From Flectonema sp. DT1601 (lineage: Eukaryota), in assembly GCA_964019425.1 (NCBI GenBank), contig OZ025794.1, forward strand, positions 1,054,001 to 1,118,000: a stretch of 64,000 bases of DNA, written 5' to 3'. Below are positions 48,670 to 62,600 of this stretch, one piece after another. Positions within the stretch are counted from its first letter, which is position 1. Each line of letters begins with the position of its first letter. The notes beneath the pieces are model-generated. The model ran no database searches, was not told the DNA's origin, and saw nothing but the letters and a program-made list of their open reading frames with translations. Both the position numbers and the translations under genes were made by a program.

Positions 48670-49627
48670 AAGCCGGAAAGGAAAATTACTCGAAAGTCGG
48701 GGCAGTTCGAACGTCAGCATTCACATCAGCAAGCAACCAGTCCTGAGTACTTAAAGAACCCAACCATTACGTGTATCAGTCACAGTCACACTTAGTATAG
48801 CGTTAGTACAGAGGACACGGATCTGCTATGCAGGGAAGTGACTTGAACTCGTTCAACTAATTAATGTGTGTAGATATAAGCGCCGCGAATTGACGGGTCT
48901 GAAGTTATGCTTTCCGAAGAGAGCAACCACCCACGCGAGTGTTATTTTGACGCTATAACCTGTGACTTTCAACACGTAACAACCAGGGATAATTCTCAGT
49001 AAGGCCGCCGTCACCGTGAAGCTGCTACGAATATAACCCAACAAACTAGCAATTCCTCCAACTTTTTTCGTCAGTCGGGATTGTTACATGCCGGAAAAGG
49101 AAACTACTCGAAAGTCGGGGCAGTTCGAACGTCAGCATTCACATTAGCAAGCAACCAGTCTTGAGAACCCAACCATTACGTGCATCAGCCACAGTTAACC
49201 TGCAACTTTCAACATGTAACAACCAGGGATAATTCTCAATAAGGCCGCCGTCACCGTGAAGCTGCTACGAATAACAGTTCGAACGTCAACATTCACATTA
49301 GCAAGCAACCAGTCTTGAGAACCCAATGATTACGTGAATCAGTCACAGTTAACCTGCAACTTTCAACATGTAACAACCAGGGATAATTCTCAATAAGGCC
49401 GCCGTCACCGTGAAGCTGCTACGAATAACAGTTCGAACGTCAGCCTTCACATTAGCAAGCAACCAGTCTTGAGAACCCAATGATTACGTGAATCAGTCAC
49501 AGTTAACCTGCAACTTTCAACATGTAACAACCAGGGATAATTCTCAATAAGGCCGCCGTCACCGTGAAGCTGCTACGAATAACAGTTCGAACGTCAGCAT
49601 TCACATTAGCAAGCAACCAGTCTTGAG
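48670..49627. repeat. 154-bp tandem repeat array (left part)
   Basis: CAGTTCGAACGTC recurs at 49121, 49275, 49429 and 49583 (period 154); a longer variant lies at about 48670-49050. Confidence 0.93.
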
Positions 49628-52600
49628 GTTGAGTTTACCAGGTGAGATTTGGACTGTTAGCTTTTGGCTAAGGCCCTCCCTGAAGAGCAAGAACAAAAAA
49701 ACTACTCACACCTGAAGAAAACATACACAAAGAACACACTGTAAGCTGTGTGTGTATTTTGTGTTTGTCACAACAGGAGAGAAAAGAAAGAATGTCAAGG
49801 TTGGTCACCTTGCCTATCAACGCACAACATTGGTGGTCTCTACTAGACCCTGAGTGATCCCACTGGATCTCTCATCGTTCATAGTACCTATGTGAAGTTA
49901 TAAAATCAAAGGTAAACTATGAACTACAAATGACTTAGCCTGTTATTATAATGCCACAGGCAGGCCCTGCATTCAGCAACTATCCAGCAGTGCTTGGATG
50001 TCCTGATCTTCTTCTAAAAAAAAGAAAGGAAAACAAAACTGTAGCTGGGATCACTCAGGATCAACAGACTACCAATGCTACCTGTTGTACTTGCTCACTA
50101 TGGGGGGTGATGCCAAACACCCAGAAGTACTAAACTGCTTTCCTTCTTGCTGCCCAGGAGTTTCTTACCAGAACTAATAGAAAATAAAAAGTAGATGGGA
50201 AACAATAAAAAGTAAAATGGATATAACTGAAGTTAAACAAGACAAATGAAGTAACAGACCAGAACAGAAAGAGAATTGTAATAGAAGATTACAAATAAAA
50301 AAATGCAAGTATCAACACATTATCAAGATACACCAGCAGCTAACAAACAACATAAAATTGAAGATCAGTTGCCAGAGTATTTCAACCATGGTAGAATACT
50401 CGCCCCTCTGGCAGGGATTATCCCAGACTTGTCCTTTAATTTAGTTGGACACCATGGCTTACAACCCTTCCAGAGGGAAGCACCATTATGACTTCTATTT
50501 TTTTTCTTCAAGAAAATCATAAGGTGGTAACAAAGAAAAATGCTAAGAGGAACCCCTTATTAACACCTAAGACATCTAAACTGCAGCCCAGCTTATGCCC
50601 AATGCACTAACAGGTCATTCCCTCACACTCAGATCAAAAAATCAAAGTTCAGAGTGCATCTTAGCATGAATGAGAGAATTTCCTCCCGCTTTTTTTGAAC
50701 AAAAGGGATAGGAGAAGGGATAGAAAACGAACATAACAATAAGATTCTAAGTGAGAAACACTTAGTAGAAACACTTTGTAGCTAATTGAGCTGAAAATAA
50801 AAAAATAAAAAAAAATTCTAAGTGAGAGATACTTAGCAACTTTTAGAACAAATATTTCAGTAAATAACCTGTTGAAATGGTAGTTAATGTAACCATTACA
50901 GGTTTGATGCCAATACTGACAAAGACTGAGTTGAGTTTACCAGGTGAGATTTGGACTGTTAGCTTTTGGCTAAGGCCCTCCCTGAAGAGCAAGAACAAAA
51001 AAACTACTCACACCTGAAGAAAACATACACAAAGAACACACTGTAAGCTGTGTGTGTATTTTGTGTTTGTCACAACAGGAGAGAAAAGAAAGAATGTCAA
51101 GGTTGGTCACCTTGCCTATCAACGCACAACATTGGTGGTCTCTACTAGACCCTGAGTGATCCCACTGGATCTCTCATCGTTCATAGTACCTATGTGAAGT
51201 TATAAAATCAAAGGTAAACTATGAACTACAAATGACTTAGCCTGTTATTATAATGCCACAGGCAGGCCCTGCATTCAGCAACTATCCAGCAGTGCTTGGA
51301 TGTCCTGATCTTCTTCTAAAAAAAAGAAAGAAAAACAAAACTGTAGCTGGGATCACTCAGGATCAACAGACTACCAATGCTACCTGTTGTACTTGCTCAC
51401 TATGGGGGGTGATGCCAAACACCCAGAAGTACTAAACTGCTTTCCTTCTTGCTGCCCAGGAGTTTCTTACCAGAACTAATAGAAAATAAAAAGTAGATGG
51501 GAAACAATAAAAAGTAAAATGGATATAACTGAAGTTAAACAAGACAAATGAAGTAACAGACCAGAACAGAAAGAGAATTGTAATAGAAGATTACAAATAA
51601 AAAAATGCAAGTATCAACACATTATCAAGATACACCAGCAGCTAACAAACAACATAAAATTGAAGATCAGTTGCCAGAGTATTTCAACCATGGTAGAATA
51701 CTCGCCCCTCTGGCAGGGATTATCCCAGACTTGTCCTTTAATTTAGTTGGACACCATGGCTTACAACCCTTCCAGAGGGAAGCACCATTATGACTTCTAT
51801 TTTTTTTCTTCAAGAAAATCATAAGGTGGTAACAAAGAAAAATGCTAAGAGGAACCCCTTATTAACACCTAAGACATCTAAACTGCAGCCCAGCTTATGC
51901 CCAATGCACTAACAGGTCATTCCCTCACACTCAGATCAAAAAATCAAAGTTCAGAGTGCATCTTAGCATGAATGAGAGAATTTCCTCCCGCTTTTTTTGA
52001 ACAAAAGGGATAGGAGAAGGGATAGAAAACGAACATAACAATAAGATTCTAAGTGAGAAACACTTAGTAGAAACACTTTGTAGCTAATTGAGCTGAAAAT
52101 AAAAAAATAAAAAAAAATTCTAAGTGAGAGATACTTAGCAACTTTTAGAACAAATATTTCAGTAAATAACCTGTTGAAATGGTAGTTAATGTAACCATTA
52201 CAGGTTTGATGCCAATACTGACAAAGACTGAGTTGAGTTTACCAGGTGAGATTTGGACTGTTAGCTTTTGGCTAAGGCCCTCCCTGAAGAGCAAGAACAA
52301 AAAAACTACTCACACCTGAAGAAAACATACACAAAGAACACACTGTAAGCTGTGTGTGTATTTTGTGTTTGTCACAACAGGAGAGAAAAGAAAGAATGTC
52401 AAGGTTGGTCACCTTGCCTATCAACGCACAACATTGGTGGTCTCTACTAGACCCTGAGTGATCCCACTGGATCTCTCATCGTTCATAGTACCTATGTGAA
52501 GTTATAAAATCAAAGGTAAACTATGAACTACAAATGACTTAGCCTGTTATTATAATGCCACAGGCAGGCCCTGCATTCAGCAACTATCCAGCAGTGCTTG

Positions 52601-55229
52601 GATGTCCTGATCTTCTTCTAAAAAAAAGAAAGAAAAACAAAACTGTAGCTGGGATCACTCAGGATCAACAGACTACCAATGCTACCTGTTGTACTTGCTC
52701 ACTATGGGGGGTGATGCCAAACACCCAGAAGTACTAAACTGCTTTCCTTCTTGCTGCCCAGGAGTTTCTTACCAGAACTAATAGAAAATAAAAAGTAGAT
52801 GGGAAACAATAAAAAGTAAAATGGATATAACTGAAGTTAAACAAGACAAATGAAGTAACAGACCAGAACAGAAAGAGAATTGTAATAGAAGATTACAAAT
52901 AAAAAAATGCAAGTATCAACACATTATCAAGATACACCAGCAGCTAACAAACAACATAAAATTGAAGATCAGTTGCCAGAGTATTTCAACCATGGTAGAA
53001 TACTCGCCCTTCTGGCAGGGATTATCCCAGACTTGTCCTTTAATTTAGTTGGACACCATGGCTTACAACCCTTCCAGAGGGAAGCACCATTATGACTTCT
53101 ATTTTTTTTCTTCAAGAAAATCATAAGGTGGTAACAAAGAAAAATGCTAAGAGGAACCCCTTATTAACACCTAAGACATCTAAACTGCAGCCCAGCTTAT
53201 GCCCAATGCACTAACAGGTCATTCCCTCACACTCAGATCAAAAAATCAAAGTTCAGAGTGCATCTTAGCATGAATGAGAGAATTTCCTCCCGCTTTTTTT
53301 GAACAAAAGGGATAGGAGAAGGGATAGAAAACGAACATAACAATAAGATTCTAAGTGAGAAACACTTAGTAGAAACACTTTGTAGCTAATTGAGCTGAAA
53401 ATAAAAAAATAAAAAAAAATTCTAAGTGAGAGATACTTAGCAACTTTTAGAACAAATATTTCAGTAAATAACCTGTTGAAATGGTAGTTAATGTAACCAT
53501 TACAGGTTTGATGCCAATACTGACAAAGACTGAGTTGAGTTTACCAGGTGAGATTTGGACTGTTAGCTTTTGGCTAAGGCCCTCCCTGAAGAGCAAGAAC
53601 AAAAAAACTACTCACACCTGAAGAAAACATACACAAAGAACACACTGTAAGCTGTGTGTGTATTTTGTGTTTGTCACAACAGGAGAGAAAAGAAAGAATG
53701 TCAAGGTTGGTCACCTTGCCTATCAACGCACAACATTGGTGGTCTCTACTAGACCCTGAGTGATCCCACTGGATCTCTCATCGTTCATAGTACCTATGTG
53801 AAGTTATAAAATCAAAGGTAAACTATGAACTACAAATGACTTAGCCTGTTATTATAATGCCACAGGCAGGCCCTGCATTCAGCAACTATCCAGCAGTGCT
53901 TGGATGTCCTGATCTTCTTCTAAAAAAAAGAAAGAAAAACAAAACTGTAGCTGGGATCACTCAGGATCAACAGACTACCAATGCTACCTGTTGTACTTGC
54001 TCACTATGGGGGGTGATGCCAAACACCCAGAAGTACTAAACTGCTTTCCTTCTTGCTGCCCAGGAGTTTCTTACCAGAACTAATAGAAAATAAAAAGTAG
54101 ATGGGAAACAATAAAAAGTAAAATGGATATAACTGAAGTTAAACAAGACAAATGAAGTAACAGACCAGAACAGAAAGAGAATTGTAATAGAAGATTACAA
54201 ATAAAAAAATGCAAGTATCAACACATTATCAAGATACACCAGCAGCTAACAAACAACATAAAATTGAAGATCAGTTGCCAGAGTATTTCAACCATGGTAG
54301 AATACTCGCCCCTCTGGCAGGGATTATCCCAGACTTGTCCTTTAATTTAGTTGGACACCATGGCTTACAACCCTTCCAGAGGGAAGCACCATTATGACTT
54401 CTATTTTTTTTCTTCAAGAAAATCATAAGGTGGTAACAAAGAAAAATGCTAAGAGGAACCCCTTATTAACACCTAAGACATCTAAACTGCAGCCCAGCTT
54501 ATGCCCAATGCACTAACAGGTCATTCCCTCACACTCAGATCAAAAAATCAAAGTTCAGAGTGCATCTTAGCATGAATGAGAGAATTTCCTCCCGCTTTTT
54601 TTGAACAAAAGGGATAGGAGAAGGGATAGAAAACGAACATAACAATAAGATTCTAAGTGAGAAACACTTAGTAGAAACACTTTGTAGCTAATTGAGCTGA
54701 AAATAAAAAAATAAAAAAAAATTCTAAGTGAGAGATACTTAGCAACTTTTAGAACAAATATTTCAGTAAATAACCTGTTGAAATGGTAGTTAATGTAACC
54801 ATTACAGGTTTGATGCCAATACTGACAAAGACTGAGTTGAGTTTACCAGGTGAGATTTGGACTGTTAGCTTTTGGCTAAGGCCCTCCCTGAAGAGCAAGA
54901 ACAAAAAAACTACTCACACCTGAAGAAAACATACACAAAGAACACACTGTAAGCTGTGTGTGTATTTTGTGTTTGTCACAACAGGAGAGAAAAGAAAGAA
55001 TGTCAAGGTTGGTCACCTTGCCTATCAACGCACAACATTGGTGGTCTCTACTAGACCCTGAGTGATCCCACTGGATCTCTCATCGTTCATAGTACCTATG
55101 TGAAGTTATAAAATCAAAGGTAAACTATGAACTACAAATGACTTAGCCTGTTATTATAATGCCACAGGCAGGCCCTGCATTCAGCAACTATCCAGCAGTG
55201 CTTGGATGTCCTGATCTTCTTCTAAAAAA
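49628..55229. repeat. 1302-bp tandem repeat, 4.3 near-identical copies
   Basis: Units start GTTGAGTTTACCAGG at 49628, 50930, 52232, 53534 and 54836; short ORFs recur with an exact 1302-bp period. Confidence 0.97.
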
Positions 55230-55230
55230 G

Positions 55231-55420
55231 TAAGGCCGCCGTCACCGTGAAGCTGCTACGAATAACAGTTCGAACGTCAGCATTCACATTAGCAAGCAAC
55301 CAGGCTTGAGAACCCAATCATTACGTAACATGTAACAACCAGGGATAATTCTCAATAAGGCCGCCGTCACCGTGAAGCTGCTACGAACATAACCCAACAA
55401 ACTAGCAATTCCACTCACTT
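55231..55420. repeat. 154-bp repeat family (right part, resumes after the 1302-bp array)
   Basis: TAAGGCCGCCGTCACCGTGAAGCTGCTACGAA resumes at 55231 and about 55337 and ends with ATAACCCAACAAACTAGCAATTCC, as at about 49030. Confidence 0.9.
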
Positions 55421-56593
55421 CGAACGCACTCAGCCAGAGAGCTTGCCAACAGAACAGAACGCAAGGTTACTTTCGGGTCCAATCTTCGCCGTGAGCCTGG
55501 TGTCTTGTGCTGGGCTGGGTTTCCAGAGGGCCTCACCATGCACACAAACTCCTGGATGGGACGATCGAGGGAATCAACCAAGCCGAGAACTGAACCGGAA
55601 GGATAGGCTTACAAGACTAACCTGAAGTAAACTTCAGAGCTTCGCTTTCCAGCATGCCGAAACAGAGCCATGGAAGGGGATTACACAACAACCTCATTAA
55701 ACCCACTGGCCACCCCGTGCATAGTCGCCGCCAATGGTTATTACTATCCAAAGCGCTAACACGAGGCACCACACATTCGTAAGAAGGGAGTCCTACCGGA
55801 ACGGACCACGCATCTGATTCTACTGGTTAAAGCAACTCCGAAAGAATGTATTCTCCATGATTTCAGACATGTAACTTTTGGATATCATGCTCCTGTCTAA
55901 TTGTTCCCACATAAGCTTTTGTCTTGAGAGATTGAAAATAAAGTTTGTAGTAATAGCCGAAGAGAGGAGAAAGTTTTTATTTAAAATTGTGAGAAAAAAT
56001 GATGTCAAGTCAAATTGACCAGGTATTTCTCTGACAATCTTGACTGTCAGCGGCAGCGTAGTAAATGACTGCAGATAAATAAATACCACGTGAACATAGT
56101 TGAGCACCACTTGCTTATGTAACCGCAACAGTTTTTTATAAAACCCATGAGTATTTAATTAATAATTATATTGTCTTGAAAACTTGAAGGGGGTTAACTG
56201 TTGGATTTTATACGTAAAATACAAGACGAACGCCTGCTTTGGACACGCTGGTTTGTTCACAGTAACTTCGGTGGTCTACCCACCAATTGATACTCACTGA
56301 CAGATTTAATTATCATCCATTGCAATCTTCAGAATGCAAAAGCACTTGAAGTTACGATTCCTCTCAGCTGCATACACATCTCTTTTTTCCGTGTTGTCAT
56401 TCAGTGCAGTACGGAATCGAGTTATTCAACTGTGAATTAATCACCAAGACGAAAAAAAAAATAAAAATAGAATAAACAATGTTATCATTGTTTTTTTTTT
56501 TTTATCGTTCGACTTTGTCGACTAATTTCTATTTTCCATTTTTTTCTTTAAAAAATAAATAAAAAGAATTTAAAATAAAAAAAAGAATAAACG

Positions 56594-59500
56594 GAGTTGA
56601 GTTTACCAGGTGAGATTTGGACTGTTAGCTTTTGGCTAAGGCCCTCCCTGAAGAGCAAGAACAAAAAAACTACTCACACCTGAAGAAAACATACACAAAG
56701 AACACACTGTAAGCTGTGTGTGTATTTTGTGTTTGTCACAACAGGAGAGAAAAGAAAGAATGTCAAGGTTGATCACCTTGCCTATCAACGCACAACATTG
56801 GTGGTCTCTACTAGACCCTGAGTGATCCCACTGGATCTCTCATCGTTCATAGTACCCTATGTGAAGTTATAAAATCAAAGGTAAACTATGAACTACAAAT
56901 GACTTAGCCTGTTATTATAATGCCACAGGCAGGCCCTGCATTCAGCAACTATCCAGCAGTGCTTGGATGTCCTGATCTTCTTCTAAAAAAAAGAAAGAAA
57001 AACAAAACTGTAGCTGGGATCACTCAGGATCAACAGACTACCAATGCTACCTGTTGTACTTGCTCACTATGGGGGGTGATGCCAAACACCCAGAAGTACT
57101 AAACTGCTTTCCTTCTTGCTGCCCAGGAGTTTCTGACCAGAACTAATAGAAAATAAAAAGTAGATGGGAAACAATAAAAAGTAAAATGGATATAACTGAA
57201 GTTAAACAAGACAAATGAAGTAACAGACCAGAACAGAAAGAGAATTGTAATAGAAGATTACAAATAAAAAAATGCAAGTATCAACACATGATCAAGATAC
57301 ACCAGCAGCTAACAAACAACATAAAATTGAAGATCAGTTGCCAGAGTATTTCAACCATGGTAGAATACTCGCCCCTCTGGCAGGGATTATCCCAGACTTG
57401 TCCTTTAATCTAGTTGGACACCATGGCTTACAACCCTTCCAGAGGGAAGCACCATTATGACCTCTATTTTTTTTCTTCAAGAAAATCATAAGGTGGGAAG
57501 AAAGAAAAATGCTAAGAGGAACCCCTTATTAACACCTAAGACATCTAAACTGCAGCCCAGCTTATGCCCAATGCACTAACAGGTCATTCCCTCACACTCA
57601 GATCAAAAAATCAAAGTTCAGAGTGCATCTTAGCGTGAATGAGAGAATTTCCTCCCGCTTTTTTTGAACAAAAGGGATAGGAGAAGGGATAGAAAACGAA
57701 CATAACAATAAGATTCTAAGTGAGAAACACTTAGCAGAAATACTTAGCAGCTTTTAAGGAGCTGAAAAGCAAAAAAAAATCTAAGTGAGAAACACTTAGT
57801 AGAAACACTTTGTAGCTAATTGAGCTGAAAATAAAAAAATAAAAAAAATTCTAAGTGAGAGATACTTAGCAACTTTTAGAACAAATATTTCAGTAAATAA
57901 CCTGTTGAAATGGTAGTTAATGTAACCATTACAGGTTTGATGCCAATACTGACAAAGACTGAGTTGAGTTTACCAGGTGAGATTTGGACTGTTAGCTTTT
58001 GGCTAAGGCCCTCCCTGAAGTTGAATTTCCAGGTGAGATTTGGACTGTTAGCTTTTGGCTAAGGCCCTCCCTGAAGAGCAAGAACAAAAAAACTACTCAC
58101 ACCTGAAGAAAACATACACAAAGAACACACTGTAAGCTGTGTGTGTATTTTGTGTTTGTCACAACAGGAGAGAAAAGAAAGAATGTCAAGGTTGATCACC
58201 TTGCCTATCAACGCACAACATTGGTGGTCTCTACTAGACCCTGAGTGATCCCACTGGATCTCTCATCGTTCATAGTACCCTATGTGAAGTTATAAAATCA
58301 AAGGTAAACTATGAACTACAAATGACTTAGCCTGTTATTATAATGCCACAGGCAGGCCCTGCATTCAGCAACTATCCAGCAGTGCTTGGATGTCCTGATC
58401 TTCTTCTAAAAAAAAGAAAGAAAAACAAAACTGTAGCTGGGATCACTCAGGATCAACAGACTACCAATGCTACCTGTTGTACTTGCTCACTATGGGGGGT
58501 GATGCCAAACACCCAGAAGTACTAAACTGCTTTCCTTCTTGCTGCCCAGGGGTTTCTGACCAGAACTAATAGAAAATAAAAACAGATGGGAAACAATAAA
58601 AAGTAAAATGAATATAACTGAAGTTAAACAAGAATGTTGGTCCTAGACAAGACCTTAAACTGACTAACCGGTCTTAATTTTAACTAAGTGTTAACCTAGT
58701 TTCTTAGTTTCTAATATGAAATCTTTTTTCTTTTTTTTCTTTTTGAACAAAATGTAATTATTAATGTAAAAAAATGAAGAAACAGACCAGAACAGATAGA
58801 GAATAAAAAAGAAAAGATAATTGCAAGAGTTATTGTAGTAAAAGATTACAAATAAAAAAAAATGCAAGTATCAACACATAATCAAGATACACCAGCAGCT
58901 AACAAACAACATAAAATTGAAGATCAGTTGCCAGAGTATTTCAACCATGGTAGAATACTCGCCCCTCTGGCAGGGATTATCCCAGACTTGTCCTTTAATT
59001 TAGTTGGACACCATGGCTTACAACCCTTCCAGAGGGAAGCACCATTATGACTTCTATTTTTTTTCTTCAAGAAAATCATAAGGTGGTAACAAAGAAAAAT
59101 GCTAAGAGGAACCCCTTATTAACGCCTAAGACATCTAAACTGCAGCCCAGCTTATGCCCAATGCACTAACAGGTCATTCCCTCACACTCAGATCAAAAAA
59201 ATCAAAGTTCAGAGTGCATCTTAGCATGAATGAGAGAATTTCCTCCCGCTTTTTTTGAACAAAAGGGATAGGAGAAGGGATAGAAAACGAACATAACAAT
59301 AAGATTCTAAGTGAGAAACACTTAGCAAAAATACTTAGCAGCTTTTAAGGAGCTGAAAAGCAAAAAAAAAATCTAAGTGAGAAACACTTAGTAGAAACAC
59401 TTTGTAGCTAATTGAGCTGAAAATAAAAAAATAAAAAAATTTCTAAGTGAGAGATACTTAGCAACTTTTAGAACAAATATTTCAGTAAATAACCTGTTGA

Positions 59501-59644
59501 AATGCTAGTTAATGTAACCATTACAGGTTTGATGCCAATACTGACAAAGACTGAGTTGAGTTTACCAGGTGAGATTTGGACTGTTAGCTTTTGGCTAAGG
59601 CCCTCCCTGAAGAGCAAGAACAAAAAAACTACTCACACCTGAAG
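56594..59644. repeat. Second cluster of 1.3-kb-family units (longer variants and truncated copies)
   Basis: Units start at about 56594, 57963 (58-bp stub), 58019 (about 167 extra bp at 58633-58840) and 59555 (90-bp stub). These carry three CTAAGTGAGA sub-repeats rather than two. Confidence 0.93.
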
Positions 59645-62600
59645 TTATCATTGTTTTTTTATCGATCGACTATGTCGATCACTTTCTATTTTCCGTCCTG
59701 GTCAAGACGCTAAACTGATTGTTTTTTTTTTTTTCAAAATTAATAAAAAAAGAATAAAAAAAATACAAAAAAAAAGAATAAACAATGTTATCATTGTTTT
59801 TTTTTTTTATCGTTCGACTTTGTCGACTAATTTCTATTTTCCGTTTTTTTTCTTTAAAAAATAAATAAAAAGAATTTAAAATAAAAAAAAAAGAATAAAC
59901 AATGTTATCATTGTTTTTTTATCGATCGACTATGTCAATTACTTTCTATTTTCCGTCCTGGTCAAGACGCTAAACTGATTGTTTTTTTTTCAAAATTAAT
60001 AAAAAAGAATATAAAAAAAATACAAAAAAAAGAATAAACAATGTTATCATTGTTTTTTTTTATCGTTCGACTTTGTCGACTAATTTCTATTTTCCGTTTT
60101 TTTTCTTTAAAAAATAAATAAAAAGAATTTAAAATAAAAAAAAAAGAATAAACAATGTTATCATTGTTTTTTTATCGATCGACTATGTCGACTACTTTCT
60201 ATTTTCCGTCCTGGTCAAGACGCTAAACTGATTGTTTTTTTTTCAAAATTAATAAAAAAGAATATAAAAAAAATACAAAAAAAAGAATAAACAATGTTAT
60301 CATTGTTTTTTTTTATCGTTCGACTTTGTCGACTAATTTCTATTTTCCGTTTTTTTTCTTTAAAAAATAAATAAAAAGAATTTAAAATAAAAAAAAAAGA
60401 ATAAACAATGTTATCATTGTTTTTTTATCGATCGACTATGTCGATCACTTTCTATTTTCCGTCCTGGTCAAGACGCTAAACTGATTGTTTCTTTTTTTTT
60501 CAAAATTAATAAAAAAAGAATAAAAAAAATACAAAAAAAAAGAATAAACAATGTTATCATTGTTTTTTTTTTATCGTTCGACTTTGTCGACCAATTTCTA
60601 TTTTCCGTTTTTTTTCTTTAAAAAATAAATAAAAAGAATTTAAAATAAAAAAAAAAGAATAAACAATGTTATCATTGTTTTTTTATCGATCGACTATGTC
60701 GATCACTTTCTATTTTCCGTCCTGGTCAAGACGCTAAACTGATTGTTTTTTTTTTTTTTCAAAATTAATAAAAAAAGAATAAAAAAAATACAAAAAAAAA
60801 GAATAAACAATGTTATCATTGTTTTTTTTTTATCGTTCGACTTTGTCGACTAATTTCTATTTTCCATTTTTTTTTCTTTAAAAATAAATAAAAAGAATTT
60901 AAAATAAAAAAAAAGAATAAACAATATTATCATTGTTTTTTTTTTCAAAATTAATAAAAAAGAATATAAAAAAAAATACAAAAAAAAAGAATAAACAATG
61001 TTATCATTGTTTTTTTTTATCGTTCGACTTTGTCGACTAATTTCTATTTTCCGTTTTTTTCTTTAAAAAATAAATAAAAAGAATTTAAAATTAAAAAAAA
61101 AGAATAAACAATGTTATCATTGTTTTTTTATCGATCGACTATGTCGATCACTTTCTATTTTCCGTCCTGGTCAAGACGCTAAACTGATTGTTTTTTTTTC
61201 AAAATTAATAAAAAAGAATATAAAAAAAATAAAAAAAAAAAAGAATAAACAATGTTATCATTGTTTTTTTTTATCGTTCGACTTTGTTGACTAATTTCTA
61301 TTTTCCATTTTTTTTTCTTTTTAAAAATAAATAAAAAGAATTAAAAAAAAAAAAAAAAAAAAGAATAAACAATGTTATCATTGTTTTTTTTATCGATCGA
61401 CTATGTCGATTACTTTCTATTTTCCGTCCTGGTTAGGACGCTAAACTGATTGTTTTTTCTTTAAAAATAAATAAAAAGAATAAAAAAAAAAAAAAAAGGA
61501 ATAAACAATGTTATCATTGTTTTTTTTTTATCGATCGACTATGTCGATTACTTACTATTTTCCGTCCTGGTCAAGACGCTAAACTGATTGTTTTTTCTTT
61601 AAAATAATTAAAAGGATTTAAAAAAAAAAAAAAAAAAAAAAAAAGAATAAACAATGTTATCATTGTTTTTTTTTCTATCGATCAACTATGTCGATTAATT
61701 TCTATTTTCCGTCCTGATCGAGACGCTAAACTGATTGTTTCCTTTTTTTTTAAATAATAAATAAAAAATAAAAAAATAAAAAAATAAAAAAAAAGAGCAT
61801 CTCCCTGCTATCCCTCATATCCCCACAATAATATTATACCTTTTCATTTTCTCTTTCCTTTTCTGGTCTTTTTTTTTCTTTTTTTTCCTTTTTCATACAA
61901 CGTTTTTTATTTATATATATATATATTTTTTTTTTTTTTTTCATGTTTGATTATTTCCTCTTCATTTTTTTTTTTCTATTCTTTTCTTTCTTTTTATTTT
62001 TTTTTTTTCTCTGCCTCTCTCTTAATTCTGTTCGTTTCTTTGAAACGAAAATTCATTTGAATATTATTCCTTGGTCAGCAACCATCATTGTCGCCCTTTG
62101 GGCCTGTTAAAAAAAATAAAAATAAAAAGAAAGTTTACATCGGGAATAGGGCAGGAGCCAAAAGCTCCCAGTCCGTTACTTCCCACTTTATCGAAATTTC
62201 CGTTTTTTTTCTTTAAAAAATAAATAAAAAGAATTTAAAATAAAAAATAAAGAATAAACAATGTTATCATTGTTTTTTTTATCGATCGACTATGTCGATT
62301 ACTTTCTATTTTCCGTCCTGGTCAAGACGCTAAACTGATTGTTTTTTTTTATCGTTCGACTTTGTTGACTAATTTCTATTTTCCATTTTTTTTCTTTTTA
62401 AAAATATATAAAAAGAATAAAAAAAAAAAAAAAAAAAAAAGAATAAACAATGTTATCATTGTTTTTTTTTATCGATCGACTATGTCGATTACTTTCTATT
62501 TTCCGTCCTGGTCAGGACGCTAAACTGATTGTTTTTTCTTTAAAAATAAATAAAAAGAATAAAAAAAAAAAAAAAAAGGAATAAACAATGTTATCATTGT

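Noticed and set aside
49121..49135. GTTCGAAC in the 154-bp unit as a tRNA/SINE B-box
   Set aside because: Does not complete the GTTCRANNC consensus on either strand; no A-box or cloverleaf found.
50030..50060. Minus-strand AGCTACAGTTT resembling part of a euglenozoan spliced leader, suggesting an SL-RNA gene array
   Set aside because: Only about 11 nt match; the following CTGTACTTTATTG and GT donor are absent.
49951..50491. 60-aa (MPQAGPAF...) and 62-aa (MQVSTH...) ORFs recurring in every 1.3-kb unit
   Set aside because: No recognisable motif; conservation only reflects near-identical repeat copies.
50905..50995. CTGACAA / CTGAAGA near the 1.3-kb unit junction as a possible hammerhead
   Set aside because: Core is imperfect; no correctly placed GAAA, stem II/III or UH triplet in any strand order I tried.
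55820..56128. 102-aa minus-strand ORF
   Set aside because: Non-ATG start, no motifs, lies among repeat fragments.
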